Below, piece by piece: positions 1 through 14,496 of a stretch of DNA of 64,000 nt (position 1 is the stretch's first letter; each line of letters starts with the position of its first letter). A model generated the notes under the pieces. The model saw only the letters and a list, made by a program, of their open reading frames with translations. It had not been told where the DNA came from and made no database searches. A program made the position numbers and the translations under genes. The stretch is from Octopus bimaculoides. Its lineage: Eukaryota. Where the stretch lies: NCBI RefSeq assembly GCF_001194135.2, contig NC_069006.1:25693119-25757118 (forward strand), in the 5' to 3' direction.

Positions 1-92
<92 letters not shown>
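1..92. repeat. (CT)n microsatellite
   Basis: Perfect dinucleotide run; one of many dozens of di-, tri- and tetranucleotide arrays in the window. Confidence 0.98.
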
Positions 93-95
<3 letters not shown>

Positions 96-2433
96 ACACA
101 ATAGAATAATCATGAGGAACCAACAATGAGGAATTTCTTCAAAGTTTGAGATCATATTTTCCTCTGATGTTGAATAGGAAACATTTAGGTCTGAAGGAAA
201 GAATTAGTCTTCATTTTTAAAAGACTCTTTAAATGTGGAATTACGACATCTGACACCTGTAAATTTTATAAACCTGAAAACATTACTGAATACTATTAAA
301 CACCATTCTTTCTAAAATTTCTTAAGTCAAAAGGATAATTGACGGTTAAGTAGAAACTAAATTTGTATTTGAAAGTTCATTGACGTCCTTATTTGGATTT
401 CTCATCATATAAATACAGCCTGACCAGTGATATAATTCATTCAAAGAGTTTTAAAGAGACATACATACAGGAATTCATTGAGAGAATGTCAGTTTTTTTA
501 ATATATATTACATATATTAGCACCTACTTGTATATTTTTTAGTCTTGATTCAAATAGGCATGACTGCAAGAACGAACACATTGATACAATATGATAACTA
601 AGAGGAAATCTATGTACTTCTGACGTCTTTTTTAGTTTTTATCCCAGCTACCGACAAGTACAAATATGACTATTACGGTTTTTCTGTTATGTACATCTGA
701 GTCTTTTTGTATGAAACGAATTGTATAGCAACCTGAATAATAAACACTATAATCCATTTTAACATCTAATCTCCTCTGTTACATAAATATGAACGAATTT
801 GTTGAACTGTATTTAATAAGTTAAATCATACACTGATTATTTCTATAAATATATATATATGTGTGTGTGTATACACACACACATATATGTATGCATACAT
901 ATACGCATATTACAGATAGATATACATGCAAACATACATACATACATATATACACACACAAACACACACACATATATATATGTATGTATGCATACATATA
1001 CACATATTACAGATATACATACATACAACATACATATGTATGTGTGTGTTTATATATATATGTATATATCTACATATCATATATGTGTATATATGTATGT
1101 ATGTATATATATATATATATCTACACACACACACATAAGTACATACGTATGTCTGTGCGTGTAGGTGTTAAAACACTTCACTTATTGATCAATGCTTCTT
1201 CTGTCCTTCTGTATCAAATTCCTGTTTTTGTTGAGATTAAATGAAACTTATTAAATCAAACGAAAAACAGTTCAAATCCCTTTAGTCTCCTCCTCCTGTA
1301 CCTCCCCTCTCTCATTTTCTTATTCCTTCTCTCTCTTTCTTTCTCTCTCTCTTTGTTGCCAATTAAAAAGAAAAACTCAAAATAAATCGTTCATTTTTAT
1401 CATCTTATTGATGGAGATTTCAAAGAATTTATACCCCAAAGAAGAAGAAAGATCAGCTATTTTATACAAGTTGGCAATCAGAATTATATTCCGATATTTT
1501 TGTAGTGAATTTTTCCAAATACCTCCCAAGGGATGTTGTGGCTTTCACACAGCAAAAGTAATTTAATTTCATAGCATAGAACAGGTAAAGTAATTTTCCT
1601 TTTATTGATAGATTTGGCACACCACGGCCTATTGAAAAATCGAATGTACAGAGAGGAATTGTGAATGGTTAAGAAAAAAAATGCTTAAAAGAAAAGAAAA
1701 GGCGAAAAAGAAAACGATCTTCAGAATTAAATTGCTCGTTTGTTAAATAAACTCGTACATTTAGAATAAACACAAAGATTTTAATTTTAGATTCTGTAAA
1801 CAAAAAGGAGAAAATGGTAAATGGAATCTCGCTTTGTTAATTCTTTGACTTTCTGTCTGAGATAAACGGTTCTGTTATTGTTGGAACTGATGTTACAGCT
1901 GTGGTTATTTGGATGGAAGCAAAACAGGTAGGTTTGTCGCAGAGCAGAACAAATGTTTCTTGTGAGTCAGGGTGGGGATGGGAGTCATGGATTGTCGTTG
2001 TTAGAGTGAACTTTAATCTGGTGTGGTGTTGGTCTCTTCCTCTCTCTGTGTCCTTGTCTTTCTCTCCCACCCCCTCTCTCCTCCTTTCTCACCCCCTTTC
2101 TCTTTCTCTTTCTCTCTAGGGAGAGACCCACCTGGGTCTGACAAAACTGACAGAACAAAAAACTTTCACGTGGTTACTTCACTTGCTAGAAATAACAGCT
2201 GAATCACCATCAAACCAATCATTCCATAACTTCTTGTTCCCTTGTCATTTATGTAATCTCTCATACATACATACCTGTCATTAAGCAGATCTTTAATAAA
2301 TCAGGAGGATTGAGACATTGTTGATTTCAAGTGCTGCTACTGGGCCCACATAAATTCATTCTCAAATCCAGCCTCTAAAAACTTAGTGGTTTGGCAAAAG
2401 GGAATGATAGAATTAGTACCAGGTTTAAATATT

Positions 2434-2645
2434 CTTTTCTACTCTAGACACAAGGCCCAAAGTTTTTAGGAGGGAACCAGTCGATTAGATCAACTCCAGT
2501 ATGCAACTGGTACTTAATCTATCCACCCCGAAAGGATGAAAGGCAAAGTTGACCTCGGCAGAATTTGAACTCAGAACATAAAGACAGATGAAATACCACT
2601 AAGCATTTCACCTGGCGTGCTAACATTTCTGCCAGCAAACTGCTT
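2434..2645 (-). mobile_element. Second SINE family (gctggcagaaatgttagc...gagttcaaattctgccgaggtc) with 17-bp target-site duplication
   Basis: taccaggtttaaatatt at 2417-2433 and 2646-2662. Further copies near 18895-19080, 43800-44125 and 34915-35060. Confidence 0.8.
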
Positions 2646-2716
2646 TACCAGGTTTAAATATTGACCAAAAAATTGGTGGATTTGTTTCGCGAAAATAAAT
2701 GAATGATAAAAGACAC

Positions 2717-2749
<33 letters not shown>

Positions 2750-3402
2750 ATGTGCAGTGTTCCCCTGAGCTCACCCAGGTATTTATATAGGAACAACTGA
2801 TGCATTAAGAGATTAGGGGGCAGGAAAAAATAGTTTATCCATTAAAGATTTTAAGTACAATAATTGCAGAGGAAGAAATCTGAGACGAGATGTGTTTAAT
2901 CTTGGATTTCATCTCGTTTCCATGATATCTGATGTCCTGTCATGGATTTGAACCTGTGTTTACTAAACACTATCTCACATCTGAGCAATTCCAACCTAAT
3001 TGATGCTGATTGGATGATAACTCATTAATTTTTACACTGATATTTATCTTGAATGTATGCAGGTGTATATGTGTGTGTTTGTGTACACATGTGTATGTGT
3101 ATAAGTATACAGGTGTATATGTGTGTGTGTACATATATGTCTGAGTGTGCATGTGTATATAAAATGGAACCTCTCTCTCGTGGATTGTTTGCTTTGCTTT
3201 CCTTTCTGTCTTTTGTGACCTGTTATGATTTCTCAGTTCAGTAAAACATAATGGAAACACAAACACAGATTCTAATCATTCGACTGGTTTAATGATCCAT
3301 TTGCATACAATCTTTATGCATCTATCTTTATTCACATCTGTCGTCTGGTTCACAGAGATCTTGCAATCATGAGCGTAACACCTTAACCACAAAACCATGC
3401 AC

Positions 3403-3460
<58 letters not shown>

Positions 3461-3625
3461 AATTTTACTTTAGAATTTACAGGGGTAACTGTCTTTGAAG
3501 ACTCGTTTTGTCATTGAATGCTCGAAAAATAATATCAACAGAAAAGTAACATCAGCCACATACCTTAGGAATGAGAACCATGTACCCCATTAGTCAAATA
3601 AAGGGTTGGGTTCGAAATTCCACCA

Positions 3626-3672
3626 GGACACCTGATGAAGGCTGGAGAGTACACCAGCCGAAATGTTGTGGT
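3626..3672 (+). ncRNA. Type I hammerhead ribozyme motif (Penelope-type, slightly decayed)
   Basis: gacac-CTGATGA-a-GGCTGG agagtaca CCAGCC-GAAA-tGTT|gtg: intact core, perfect 6-bp stem II, minimal stem III, short stem I. Confidence 0.75.
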
Positions 3673-5229
3673 AACAACAAACAAGGTGGGGACACTTGTT
3701 CGTCCAATGTAAATAATGTGGGAAAAGTTGTGCAATGTGTAACAAATACTAATTAAACAGTAATTAAATATTTACCATGTGACACTCCTTATTAACCGCT
3801 CACCTCCTTTTCTGTCTCATCCCTCCCCCCTCTTCCATCTGCCTCTTCTCCTTTCTTTCATCTCAACCACCACTCCTACTACCACCACTACCATCCTCTT
3901 CACTACAAACTCTATCTCTGTGGCTTCAACAGCTTCCTCTAAAAACACCCTCCCACCATCACCACCACCACCATTATCATTGTGGACCCTTTTCTCTCTA
4001 CCACCCCCTACCTCAATCTCTCCAATTAGCTTTCATCTCCATCACCACCACCATCAACAGCAACAACACTCTCACCACCGCCACCATCAGCAGTTTGTCA
4101 TTGACCCCCACACTCACCCCTCCCATCCTACCCCCTCCCACCACACTCTGTGGTGGGACTAGATATGAGGTAGAAGGGGAAGAGAAAGAGAAGAAGGAAG
4201 GTGAGGAGGGCTAACACAATCAGGAAGGCTATAATTATATTGAATATTTCCAATTTTAGTTGAATTAAAATCAGGGTCAGCAAACATCGAGTGTCTCACA
4301 CACACACATGCACACACTCACACACACAGACTCATACACATGCACACACACACACAAACTCATACACATGCACTCACACACACACACCCTCACACATACA
4401 CTTTCATATACACATGCACACAAGCGCTCACACACACACACACACACACATACACATACATTTTTGCTGTGCTTGAGAAGTGAAATCATGGCCATCCCTA
4501 CATACAGGCATGATGTTTACAGCCATACCCTCCCCCCTCTTTCTCATATTTGAGAGATCCTTGTCTTGCAGACTTGCTGAAGCTGGTGCCACATCAAAAG
4601 CACACAGTAGTACACTCTGCAGAGTGGTTGGTTTTAGGACTGGCATCCAGCCATAGAAACCCATGTCAAAACAGTAGAATCTGGTGAACTGGGGCAACAT
4701 GAAATAAAAGTGTTTTGCTCAAGAACACAGCTCAGTCTGGGAATTGAACCCACTACCTCATGATTGTGAGCCCAATGCTCTAACCACTGAGCCATGTCTT
4801 CACATACATAAACATATATGTGTATATTCATGTATATATACATACACACATTCATATATACATACGTGTATATTCATGTATATATACATACACACATTCA
4901 TATATACANNNNNNNNNNCATTCATATATACATACGTGTATATTCATGTATATATACATACACACATTCATATATACATACGTGTATATGTACACATATA
5001 TACACACATACAAACATACATATACATACACATAGATACATGCACATCCATATATATGTGTGTGTGTGTGCGCGCATATAGACAAACACACATACATCCA
5101 TCCATACACATGCATACAAGCATAGGTACACTTATAACAAACTTGTATGCATACACACACTCACACATATATATGGACATACACACCTATAACAAACCCC
5201 TACACCCACAAACACACACACTCTCTCTT

Positions 5230-5265
<36 letters not shown>

Positions 5266-5486
5266 CACATACCCACACATAAGATTCTCTGTTTCAACAT
5301 TTCGTAATTAAAAGTTAATTAGACGAATATTGGGAATTAATGATTAAAATGTGTAATTTGTATATATTGTTGCTACTGCTGCTGCTGCTGCTGCTGCTAG
5401 AGTTGGTGTTCTTGCTGTCATTCTTCTTCTTCTTCTTCTTCTTCTTCTTGGGTATGTAGTCAAGAGATGTTGGTGTTAGTGGTGAT

Positions 5487-5518
<32 letters not shown>

Positions 5519-5560
5519 TGTGGTGATGGTGGTAGCTGTAGAAGTGGTGGTAGGCAAATG

Positions 5561-5621
<61 letters not shown>

Positions 5622-5979
5622 TATATTTGGTCCGGTTGCAGGTGTTGTGTCTGGTTGACATAGGGTTTGACTCCTCAAACTCTCTCCCACTCTCTCTCTT
5701 TCTCTGTCTGCCTGTCTCTCTCATCCCTCCACTTCTCATCCCCCTCTCTTATTTTCTCTATGTATGGATCTTAATCTTTGGCACCGTGCCAACTTCTCTC
5801 TTACTCCACTCACCTCAAGCATTTCAGAGGTGAGAGCAAAAGAGTCTGATACAATAAGTATTAGGTTCACAAGTAATAAGTCCTGGGGTTGATTTGTTCA
5901 GCTGAAACCCTTTGAGGCGGTGCTCCAGCATGGCCACCATCAAATGACTGAAAACAAGTAAAAAGAATAAAAGAATATG

Positions 5980-6191
5980 TATTCATTTATTCTTTTACTC
6001 TTTCATTTGCTTCAGTCGTTTTCACTGTGGCCATGCTGGAGCACTGCTTTTAGTTGAACAAATCCACTCCAGGACTTATTCTTTGTAAGCCTAGTACTTG
6101 TTCTATCGGCCTCTTTTGTCAAATTGCTAAGTTATGGGAACATAAACAAACCAACATTGGTTGTCGGACACATAAACATATACATACATAG

Positions 6192-6235
<44 letters not shown>

Positions 6236-6393
6236 GACGGGATTCTTTCAGTTTCCGTCTACCAAATCCACTCCCAAGGCCTTGGTCAGCCTGAGGCTAT
6301 AGTAAAAGACACTTGCCCAAGGTGCCACACAGTGGGACTGAACCTGGAATCATGTGGTTGGAAAGCAAGCTTCTCACCACACAGCCATGCCTG
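5980..6393 (-). mobile_element. Full-length copy of the same SINE family
   Basis: Reverse complement of the 23706-24091 architecture. Confidence 0.8.
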
Positions 6394-6417
6394 TGTGTGT
6401 ATGTATATATACGTATG

Positions 6418-6449
<32 letters not shown>

Positions 6450-7362
6450 TATATACATATATATATCTTCAACACGCTCCAATCACTAAACACGTTTAAA
6501 CCCCAATAGTATCCNNNNNNNNNNNNNNNNNNNNNNNNNNNNNNNNNNNNNNNNNNNNNNNNNNNNNNNNNNNNNNNNNNNNNNNNNNNNNNNNNNNNNN
6601 NNNNNNNNNNNNNNNNNNNNNNNNNNNNNNNNNNNNNNNATGGGAAACAAATGGAAATTATTTCTAATTTACAACTTGGGGATTCAGAAACCCTTTAATT
6701 AAGTTAAGGCCTCAGCTATTGTGCCCTACCCTCCCCCAAAACATCAAAAAATGTATTATTATTATTATTGGTGTTGTTGCTCTTCTTCTTCTTCTTCTTC
6801 TTCTTCTTCTTCTTCTTCTTCTTCTTCTTCTTCTCCTCCTTCTTCTTGTCCTCCTCCTCCTCCTCCTCCTCATCATCATCATAAATTATTATTATCGTTA
6901 CTATCGTCATTATCATTATCACTGCTGATGTTGTTGTTGTTGTTGTTGTTTCTTATTTTGATTGTCGTTTTATTTGTTGTTAATAATACTAATAATATTC
7001 TCTTTATTGATATTTTATAACGATGACGATAAAGATGACGCCGATGACGACGACAACGATGATGATGGTGATGATGATGATTATGATGATACTGATGACT
7101 GTGATGACGCCAACAACGATGATGGTGATCATGATGATGATGATAATGGTGATGATGTTGATAATTGTGATAATCGTGATGATGGTGATGATGGTGATGA
7201 AGAAGGAGGTATATGGTGATGGAGGAGGAGGAAGAGGAGCAGTACCATTGTGATATATTTTACTGAAATCGTATTCCACTTTTCACCCACAAAAATGTCA
7301 CAATAATCGATTTAATCGATAAAATTTGAATGTAACATCATCTTATTTCCTCTAATATATAA

Positions 7363-7412
<50 letters not shown>

Positions 7413-8226
7413 CATATATACACACACACATACACATTTATACACACACACATATATATATACACACATATATATACATACACACATATACATGAATACA
7501 TTCACACACATGCACACACAAATAGATGCATATACATATACACACACATATACATCCATACATACACACGCACACACATATAGACTCAAATATCTATATA
7601 CACACACTACTCTATATTATTACAGTGAAGAACAGCACTTCATTACTGACAACAATGCATGTATAATGAATAAGAGGATTGTGTGTGTGTGTGCGTGTGT
7701 GCAGGTGTGACTGTGTGGTAAGAAATTTGCTTCACTATCATGTGGTTCCAGGTTCAGTCCCACTGCATGGCACCTTGGGAAGATTTCTTCTACTATTGTT
7801 TCTGGGCCAACCAAAAACCTTGTGAGTACCCCGACGACAAAGAAATAAAAATCACGACCCACAAGGTAGACGTTACAACCCCCCCCCACCATAACGAGAT
7901 ACCAACATAATTTTTGTGCCAACAACTTACTTAACAACCGTGCACAACAAAACCAAACCACACAAAATAATTACCGGTGATGACCCTCTAAAGCTCCACA
8001 TCCGAACACGGAATATAAGGACACACTTTTCAGTCCCCATCCAAGAACCCACACCATGACAACAGGGTGCTACGCTACAACAGGGGACAGCCAGGTAACA
8101 GTTACCATCTCAATCATTTTTTAGTCCCAGTACGCAAACACAGGGATACGAGATGGCACCAGGCGCACAGGAGAAACTAAAAGTGATAAAAGTCATTAAT
8201 CTAACCCCACAAACAACATTTGAGAA

Positions 8227-8273
<47 letters not shown>

Positions 8274-8559
8274 ATGCGTGCGACTGTGTGTGCATGTGTG
8301 TATGTCTATGTATGTGAGATTGTGTGAGAGAACATATCAGACTGCCATTGTGTATGTGTGTGAGTGTGTGAACATATATACACACACACACATATACACC
8401 CATTTGCTTAATTATATATACATTTATAGTGGTTGTTTCAACTGTCAATGATGTTTGTTCGCTCCACACCATTTTGTTTTTTTTTGGCTGCCATAATCCA
8501 AGAGGAGGAAAAATAAGAAAGAACATATGTAAAAAAATAAATGTGTTGTCTTGCAGATA

Positions 8560-8645
<86 letters not shown>

Positions 8646-8741
8646 ACAGTCACACAAACACTGATGCACACACAAAGATATACGACACATCATGCGCACA
8701 TAGACACAAACAGGTATATGCAAACATAAATGCATACACAG

Positions 8742-8772
<31 letters not shown>

Positions 8773-9174
8773 CACACACATACACACATCTATCCATACA
8801 GGTACATGCACTAAATCATACACACACACACACACATCTACAGATACACATCTGCACACACACATCTTCTTCATGTCCTCCATGCTAATATATTGGTGTA
8901 TGGCAGTGATGGTGGGGAATGCGGACTGTTTTAAGAAGCTGAAGCTAAACTGAAGAATAATTGCAGAGTTGGCAGATGGGAAATAAAGCTCGTCAAGTTT
9001 GTGTTTTTGATTTAACAGCAATTTTATTGAAACAAGTCGAGTTTTATGTCTTTCAATGACAGATCCCCGCATTTTCGGAATATTTGATCAAATACACTTC
9101 ATACTTAGTAGCTTATCTACCAACCTACTTACCTGCCTACCTGCCTGCCTACCTGCTATTACCTAGCTCACCTG

Positions 9175-9212
<38 letters not shown>

Positions 9213-10299
9213 AGTCTGTCTGTCTGTCTCTACCTACCTACTTTCTATGAGCCCTTTTGATCTCTGTTTTACTCCTCTGGGCCCCCATATATATATATAT
9301 ATATATGGATATATATATATGGTTATGTATATATCTATGTGTGTGTGTGTCTTTGTGTCTGTTTGTGCCCCACCATTTCTTGACAACCAGTGTTGGTGTG
9401 TTTACATCCCCATAAGACTGATAGAACAAGAACCAGTCTGAAAAAGAAATGAGTCCTGGGGTGGATTCATTTGACTAAAAGTTCTTCTTGATGATGATGA
9501 TGAGGACAGCGATGATTATGATGACGATGACGATCATGACAAAGAAGATAATGTCCTGTGTCTGTCTGTCCGTCCAGCTCTGATGATGGTGACAATGTCA
9601 ACAGTGATGGTAACAATGATGATTGTCAATTGATAACAAAAACAAACAAAAAAACTTACCATCTCAACAAGTAAACAGAAGAGAGAGATGCGGATAAGAT
9701 AATGGTACCCACAGCTCTTAATTATAACGAAGGAACCTCATTAAAAGGACCAACCTTTTCTGTTTTTAATGTCCGTCCACCACCACCACCACAAACAGCA
9801 ACACCACCACCACCACTGTCGCTGCTTCCACCACCACCACTGCCCCCAACTCCACCACCAGTGCCCCCAGCTCCACCACCACCATAATAACCTTGTAATT
9901 GTTATCGATCAAAAAAAATACCAAAAAATACCAAAAATAAGAAGTAAAAGAAAAAGCAAAAGAAAAACAAATTTAACTTTTGGAGTCAAAAAGAAAAAAA
10001 TCTACAAAATGTCAAAAAACTTTCTCCCCAATCGTGGCAATGAGACTATAAGTTTTCGCGAATTGGTTTCAATCAATATTTTCGTTCTATTAAATTTTCA
10101 ACAGATTTAATAACTCTTCAAGATAACGGTGCGTTTGCCACGAGGTGAAATACTAACATTGTTGCATTCGTAATTAGAAAAATCAATTAAAATATCCTTG
10201 TTATGTTTATTTTTTCAACATCTCCGAAAAACCCGCAAGACAAACAACTTGGTTTTGTTTTGGCCTTTTTGTTTTGTTTTCTTGTAATATGAAATGGAA

Positions 10300-10430
10300 T
10301 TTAAGAGAAGAACTAGTGAAAACAAATCGCTGATTGGTTGCTGAAAGGCGAGTGAGGTTAAGGTGAAGAAGCGCTTCTTTTGGTAACTTTTACTGGAACG
10401 CAGAAGCGCCATGTGTCAAGACGTCTTTGG
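10300..10430. promoter_or_regulatory. Promoter-like CpG-retaining segment with reverse CCAAT box (gattgg) and GCGCCATG
   Basis: ATTGG near 10333 lies about 75 nt before gcgccATG at 10410, with several CpGs. No downstream exons recognised. Confidence 0.3.
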
Positions 10431-12659
10431 AATATTTCTAATTTGCCCAAGTCTAGGCTCTGTTGAGCCATTAATTTTTCTGCAGATTGAGTTAATAAGT
10501 GATGAATTTGTTTCTTTATGACAGATGTGATTTACATATGATGTACATGATTAACATGACTGATTGCAAACAAGGAGAAAGAATACCTGAAAGACAGAAA
10601 TGCTTGCTGATAGATGGAAGACCTGGACGGGAAGCTTTGGATATTTTCATTGTTTGTTATCTATCTGTCTGTCAGTCAATCAATCAACCAATCAATCAAT
10701 CAGTCTATCCATCTGGTTATCTGTCTGTCAATCTATGTATCTGTCTATTTATCCATCTATCTATCTTAGTCTATCTACCAACCTATCTGTCTGCCTGTCT
10801 ATCTAAGTTTATCTACTGAGCTATGTGTTTGTCTACCTGCTTATCTACTTATATACGTCTCTCAGTCTCTTTCTCCATCTCTCTCACCATTGATCTATCT
10901 ATCAATCTGACTTTCTGCCAGTCTGTGTCGGCCTCTCTCTTTCTCTTTCTATCTGTTTCAACCTATCGATTGTTCATTAGTTTTGTCTAAGAATTCCTTA
11001 TCCAGTCCCTCACATATACCACAAGTTCTTAAACATCAATAATATAAGGTAGACTGTGGCTGTTTGGAGAGTATTGCTTCACAGATCTCATTCACTTCCC
11101 AGTCTATGGTTCACATTCAACTAATCTGTGCTTGAAACTTCAGGAGGACCTTAAACTGGCCACTTAGGGAGTTTTGTCTCACTAAGTGGCATATGGAACA
11201 AGCACGAAACCCTCAGATGGTGTGGAAGAAGATTACATAATACGCATGTGTATGTATATGTGTGTATGTATAAATATATATATATATATATATATAGGTA
11301 CATATGTATGAGCATGTGTGTGTGTATATCTGTATGCATTTGTCTATGTGTGCATATGGATGTATATATATGTAGGTGTATACACATGTATCTGTATACA
11401 TGTGATTATGTGTGCATATATGTATNNNNNNNNNNATGTATATATATGTAGGTGTATACACATGTATCTGTATACATGTGATTATGTGTGCATATATGTA
11501 TGTGTGAGTGTAGGTATACATGTGTGTATTTATGAGTGTGTGTGCGTGCATGCATGTGGTATACATGTGTGTATTTATGAGTGTGTGTGCGTGCATGCAT
11601 GTGGTATACATGTGTGTGAATAAGGCAGATTTCAAGTTAAGGATTTTGGTGTTTTTACCTGTCTTAAATGGTTTAACGAAATCTTCTCGCATGGATAAAA
11701 GTAAAGTCTGTTGGTCTTAAATCCACCATGATAGCCATAAACGCAGGCAATACCATCAACAGGTGCCTCTAAACCATCACCACACACACACACACGCACA
11801 CGCAGATGCACATGCAGAACAGGTGCTTGCATAAGAATGGTCAGGTGTGAGAAGGCTGGATGGCGGTGGGGGNNNNNNNNNNNNNNNNNNNNNNNNNNNN
11901 NNNNNNNNNNNNNNNNNNNNNNNNNNNNNNNNNNNNNNNNNNNNNNNNNNNNNNNNNNNNNNNNNNNNNNNNNNNNNNNNNNNNNNNNNNNNNNNNNNNN
12001 NNNNNNNNNNNNNNNNNNNNNNNNNNNNNNNNNNNNNNNNNNNNNNNNNNNNNNNNNNNNNNNNNNNNNNNNNNNNNNNNNNNNNNNNNNNNNNNNNNNN
12101 NNNNNNNNNNNNNNNNNNNNNNNNNNNNNNNNNNNNNNNNNNNNNNNNNNNNNNNNNNNNNNNNNNNNNNNNNNNNNNNNNNNNNNNNNNNNNNNNNNNN
12201 NNNNNNNNNNNNNNNNNNNNNNNNNNNNNNNNNNCCACCACCACCACCACCACCACCACCACTAATCCCTGTTAATCCTGCCTGCAGTTGGTTTATCTTG
12301 TTTTTTCTCTTTTTATCTGGTTTCAACATTAAAACACGTCAGGCTTGTTGCTGTGTGAGTGTTTGGATTGGAATGGCTTGGACATGCAACGCAGGGATTG
12401 GGGTCAGAGGTCATCACATAGACGATGATGGTGACGGTGATGATGATTATGGTGTTGATGATGTTAGTAGTGGTGGCGGTGGCAGTGGTGATGGTGGTGG
12501 TGGTAGTTGTGTTGTGGTGTTATTTTCTGATATTACTAAAAATGCTGATCTTGTTAATCTTGCTGTTGTTGTTGGATGTGATGGAAGTTAGATTTGGCTG
12601 CTATTTTTTGAAGGTCGGACAACAACATGAGAAGCTTATCATCTTCTCGCTCTTTATAT

Positions 12660-13275
12660 ATTTATATCTAAAATTGTATATGTATATAAGATTGTATATC
12701 AAGTTGTATATTTGTGTATAAAGTATATCTGTGCATAAACTTGTGTATATCTGTGTAAAAACTGTATATATATGTCTAAACTTCTGTATGTGTATGAAAG
12801 TGTATATTTGTGAACAAAATTGAGTATGCGTAAATATAATTGTATACTTGGGTATATTTGTATATAAACTTACAAATCAGTACATAAAATGGTGCATCTG
12901 TGGAAAAATTATTCATGTCTAAGATTGTACACGCATATATATGTGTATATTTGTGAATAAAATTAAGTATGTATATATAAAATTGCATACTTGGATATAA
13001 AATTGTATATTGATGTATAAAATTGAGTATTTGTGTAAAAAAATGTTGTTTATATAGATATATACAGTTATATGTCAATATATAAAGTGCGTTTATATAG
13101 ATAATTATATATTTGGGTATTAAATTATATATCTGTATAAAAGTGTTTATTTGAGCATAAAACGAAGCACATGTATATAGAATAATATATTTGTGCATAA
13201 AATTGTGTCTGTATAAATCTGAGTGTATATATATATATATGAAATTGTGTGTGTCTGTGTAAAAGTGGTTCAATA
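12660..13275. repeat. Degenerate AT-rich minisatellite (~18-20 bp, ataaaattgtatatttgtgt-like)
   Basis: Recurring aaattg/tgtatat blocks; explains the spurious 165-aa ORF at 12776-13273. Confidence 0.7.
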
Positions 13276-14078
13276 TGGTCGTTTACACATTGTCCTCTAG
13301 ACTTTACCAGGTTTTCAAAGATCACTACAAAGGAGACCACATGAAATGCTGCATAATTCATTTAGTTACCTTGGTACTTGTGTGTCTCTGTGTGTATGTG
13401 TGTATCTATATATATATATANNNNNNNNNNNNNNNNNNNNNNNNNNNNNNNNNNNNNNNNNNNNNNNNNNNNNNNNNNNNNNNNNNNNNNNNNNNNNNNN
13501 NNNNNNNNNNNNNNNNNNNNNNNNNNNNNNNNNNNNNNNNNNNNNNNNNNNNNNNNNNNNNNNNNNNNNNNNNNNNNNNNNNNNNNNNNNNNNNNNNNNN
13601 NNNNNNNNNNNNNNNNNNNNNNNATATATGTATATATATATATACATACACACACACACACACACAAATATATAGATAGACAGTTAGATAGATAGATAGT
13701 GTGAATGTATATATGTGTGTATGTAAGTACATATATGTTTTATGTATATATGTGTTTGTGTATTTCTGTGTGTTTATGTGTACGATGTAAATATTTGTGG
13801 TGATGACTGAGAACTATATGTGTGTATATGTATACACACACACACACAGAAACGCACACACATACATGTATGCACAAATACACACACACACACTATGTGG
13901 CACCTTGGGCAAGTATTTTCTACTATAGCCCCAGGTCAATCAAAGCCTTGCGAGTGGATTTGGTAGATGGAAACTGAAAGAAGCCTGTTGAGTAAGTGTG
14001 TGAGTGTGTGTGTTTGTGCGTGTGCATATATATATACATATACATACATGCATACATATATATATATATGTATATATA

Positions 14079-14125
<47 letters not shown>

Positions 14126-14149
14126 TTTGAGTATACTCTACAACAATTC

Positions 14150-14496
14150 CATAAATACCTGGCCTACAATGTCATTCTAAAAAAGAACAATCCCATTACT
14201 GAAATCTCAAAGCTATGAGATAATCCATGATTAATTCAAAACTATGTGAATAAATAAGGATTACATTTGACAGAGTAATCTGAATGCTAAAGGGTTAAAC
14301 AGACCATATTCTACCTGTTTTATGTTCGAACTGGCCATATCTGACCTCTCACACCTACCTTACAATGTCTTTCTAAAAACGTACAATCGCATCATTGAAA
14401 TCTAACAGTTAAAAGACAATTTGTGATTAATTGAAAACAATGGGAATAAATAAGCATTAACGTTCGACAGAATAAATTTGAATGCTGAATGGTTAA
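14150..14496. mobile_element. Two tandem partial copies of the same piggyBac-type MITE
   Basis: Units end tgaatgctaaagggttaa (14298) and tgaatgctgaatggttaa (14496) and share internal blocks. Confidence 0.6.

Noticed and set aside
7829-8225. A/C-rich sequence abruptly replacing the end of a SINE
   Set aside because: Looks like low-quality read extension or gap fill, with no structure or ORF I can support. Similar patches occur at 28540-28690, 35700-35990 and 47220-47340.
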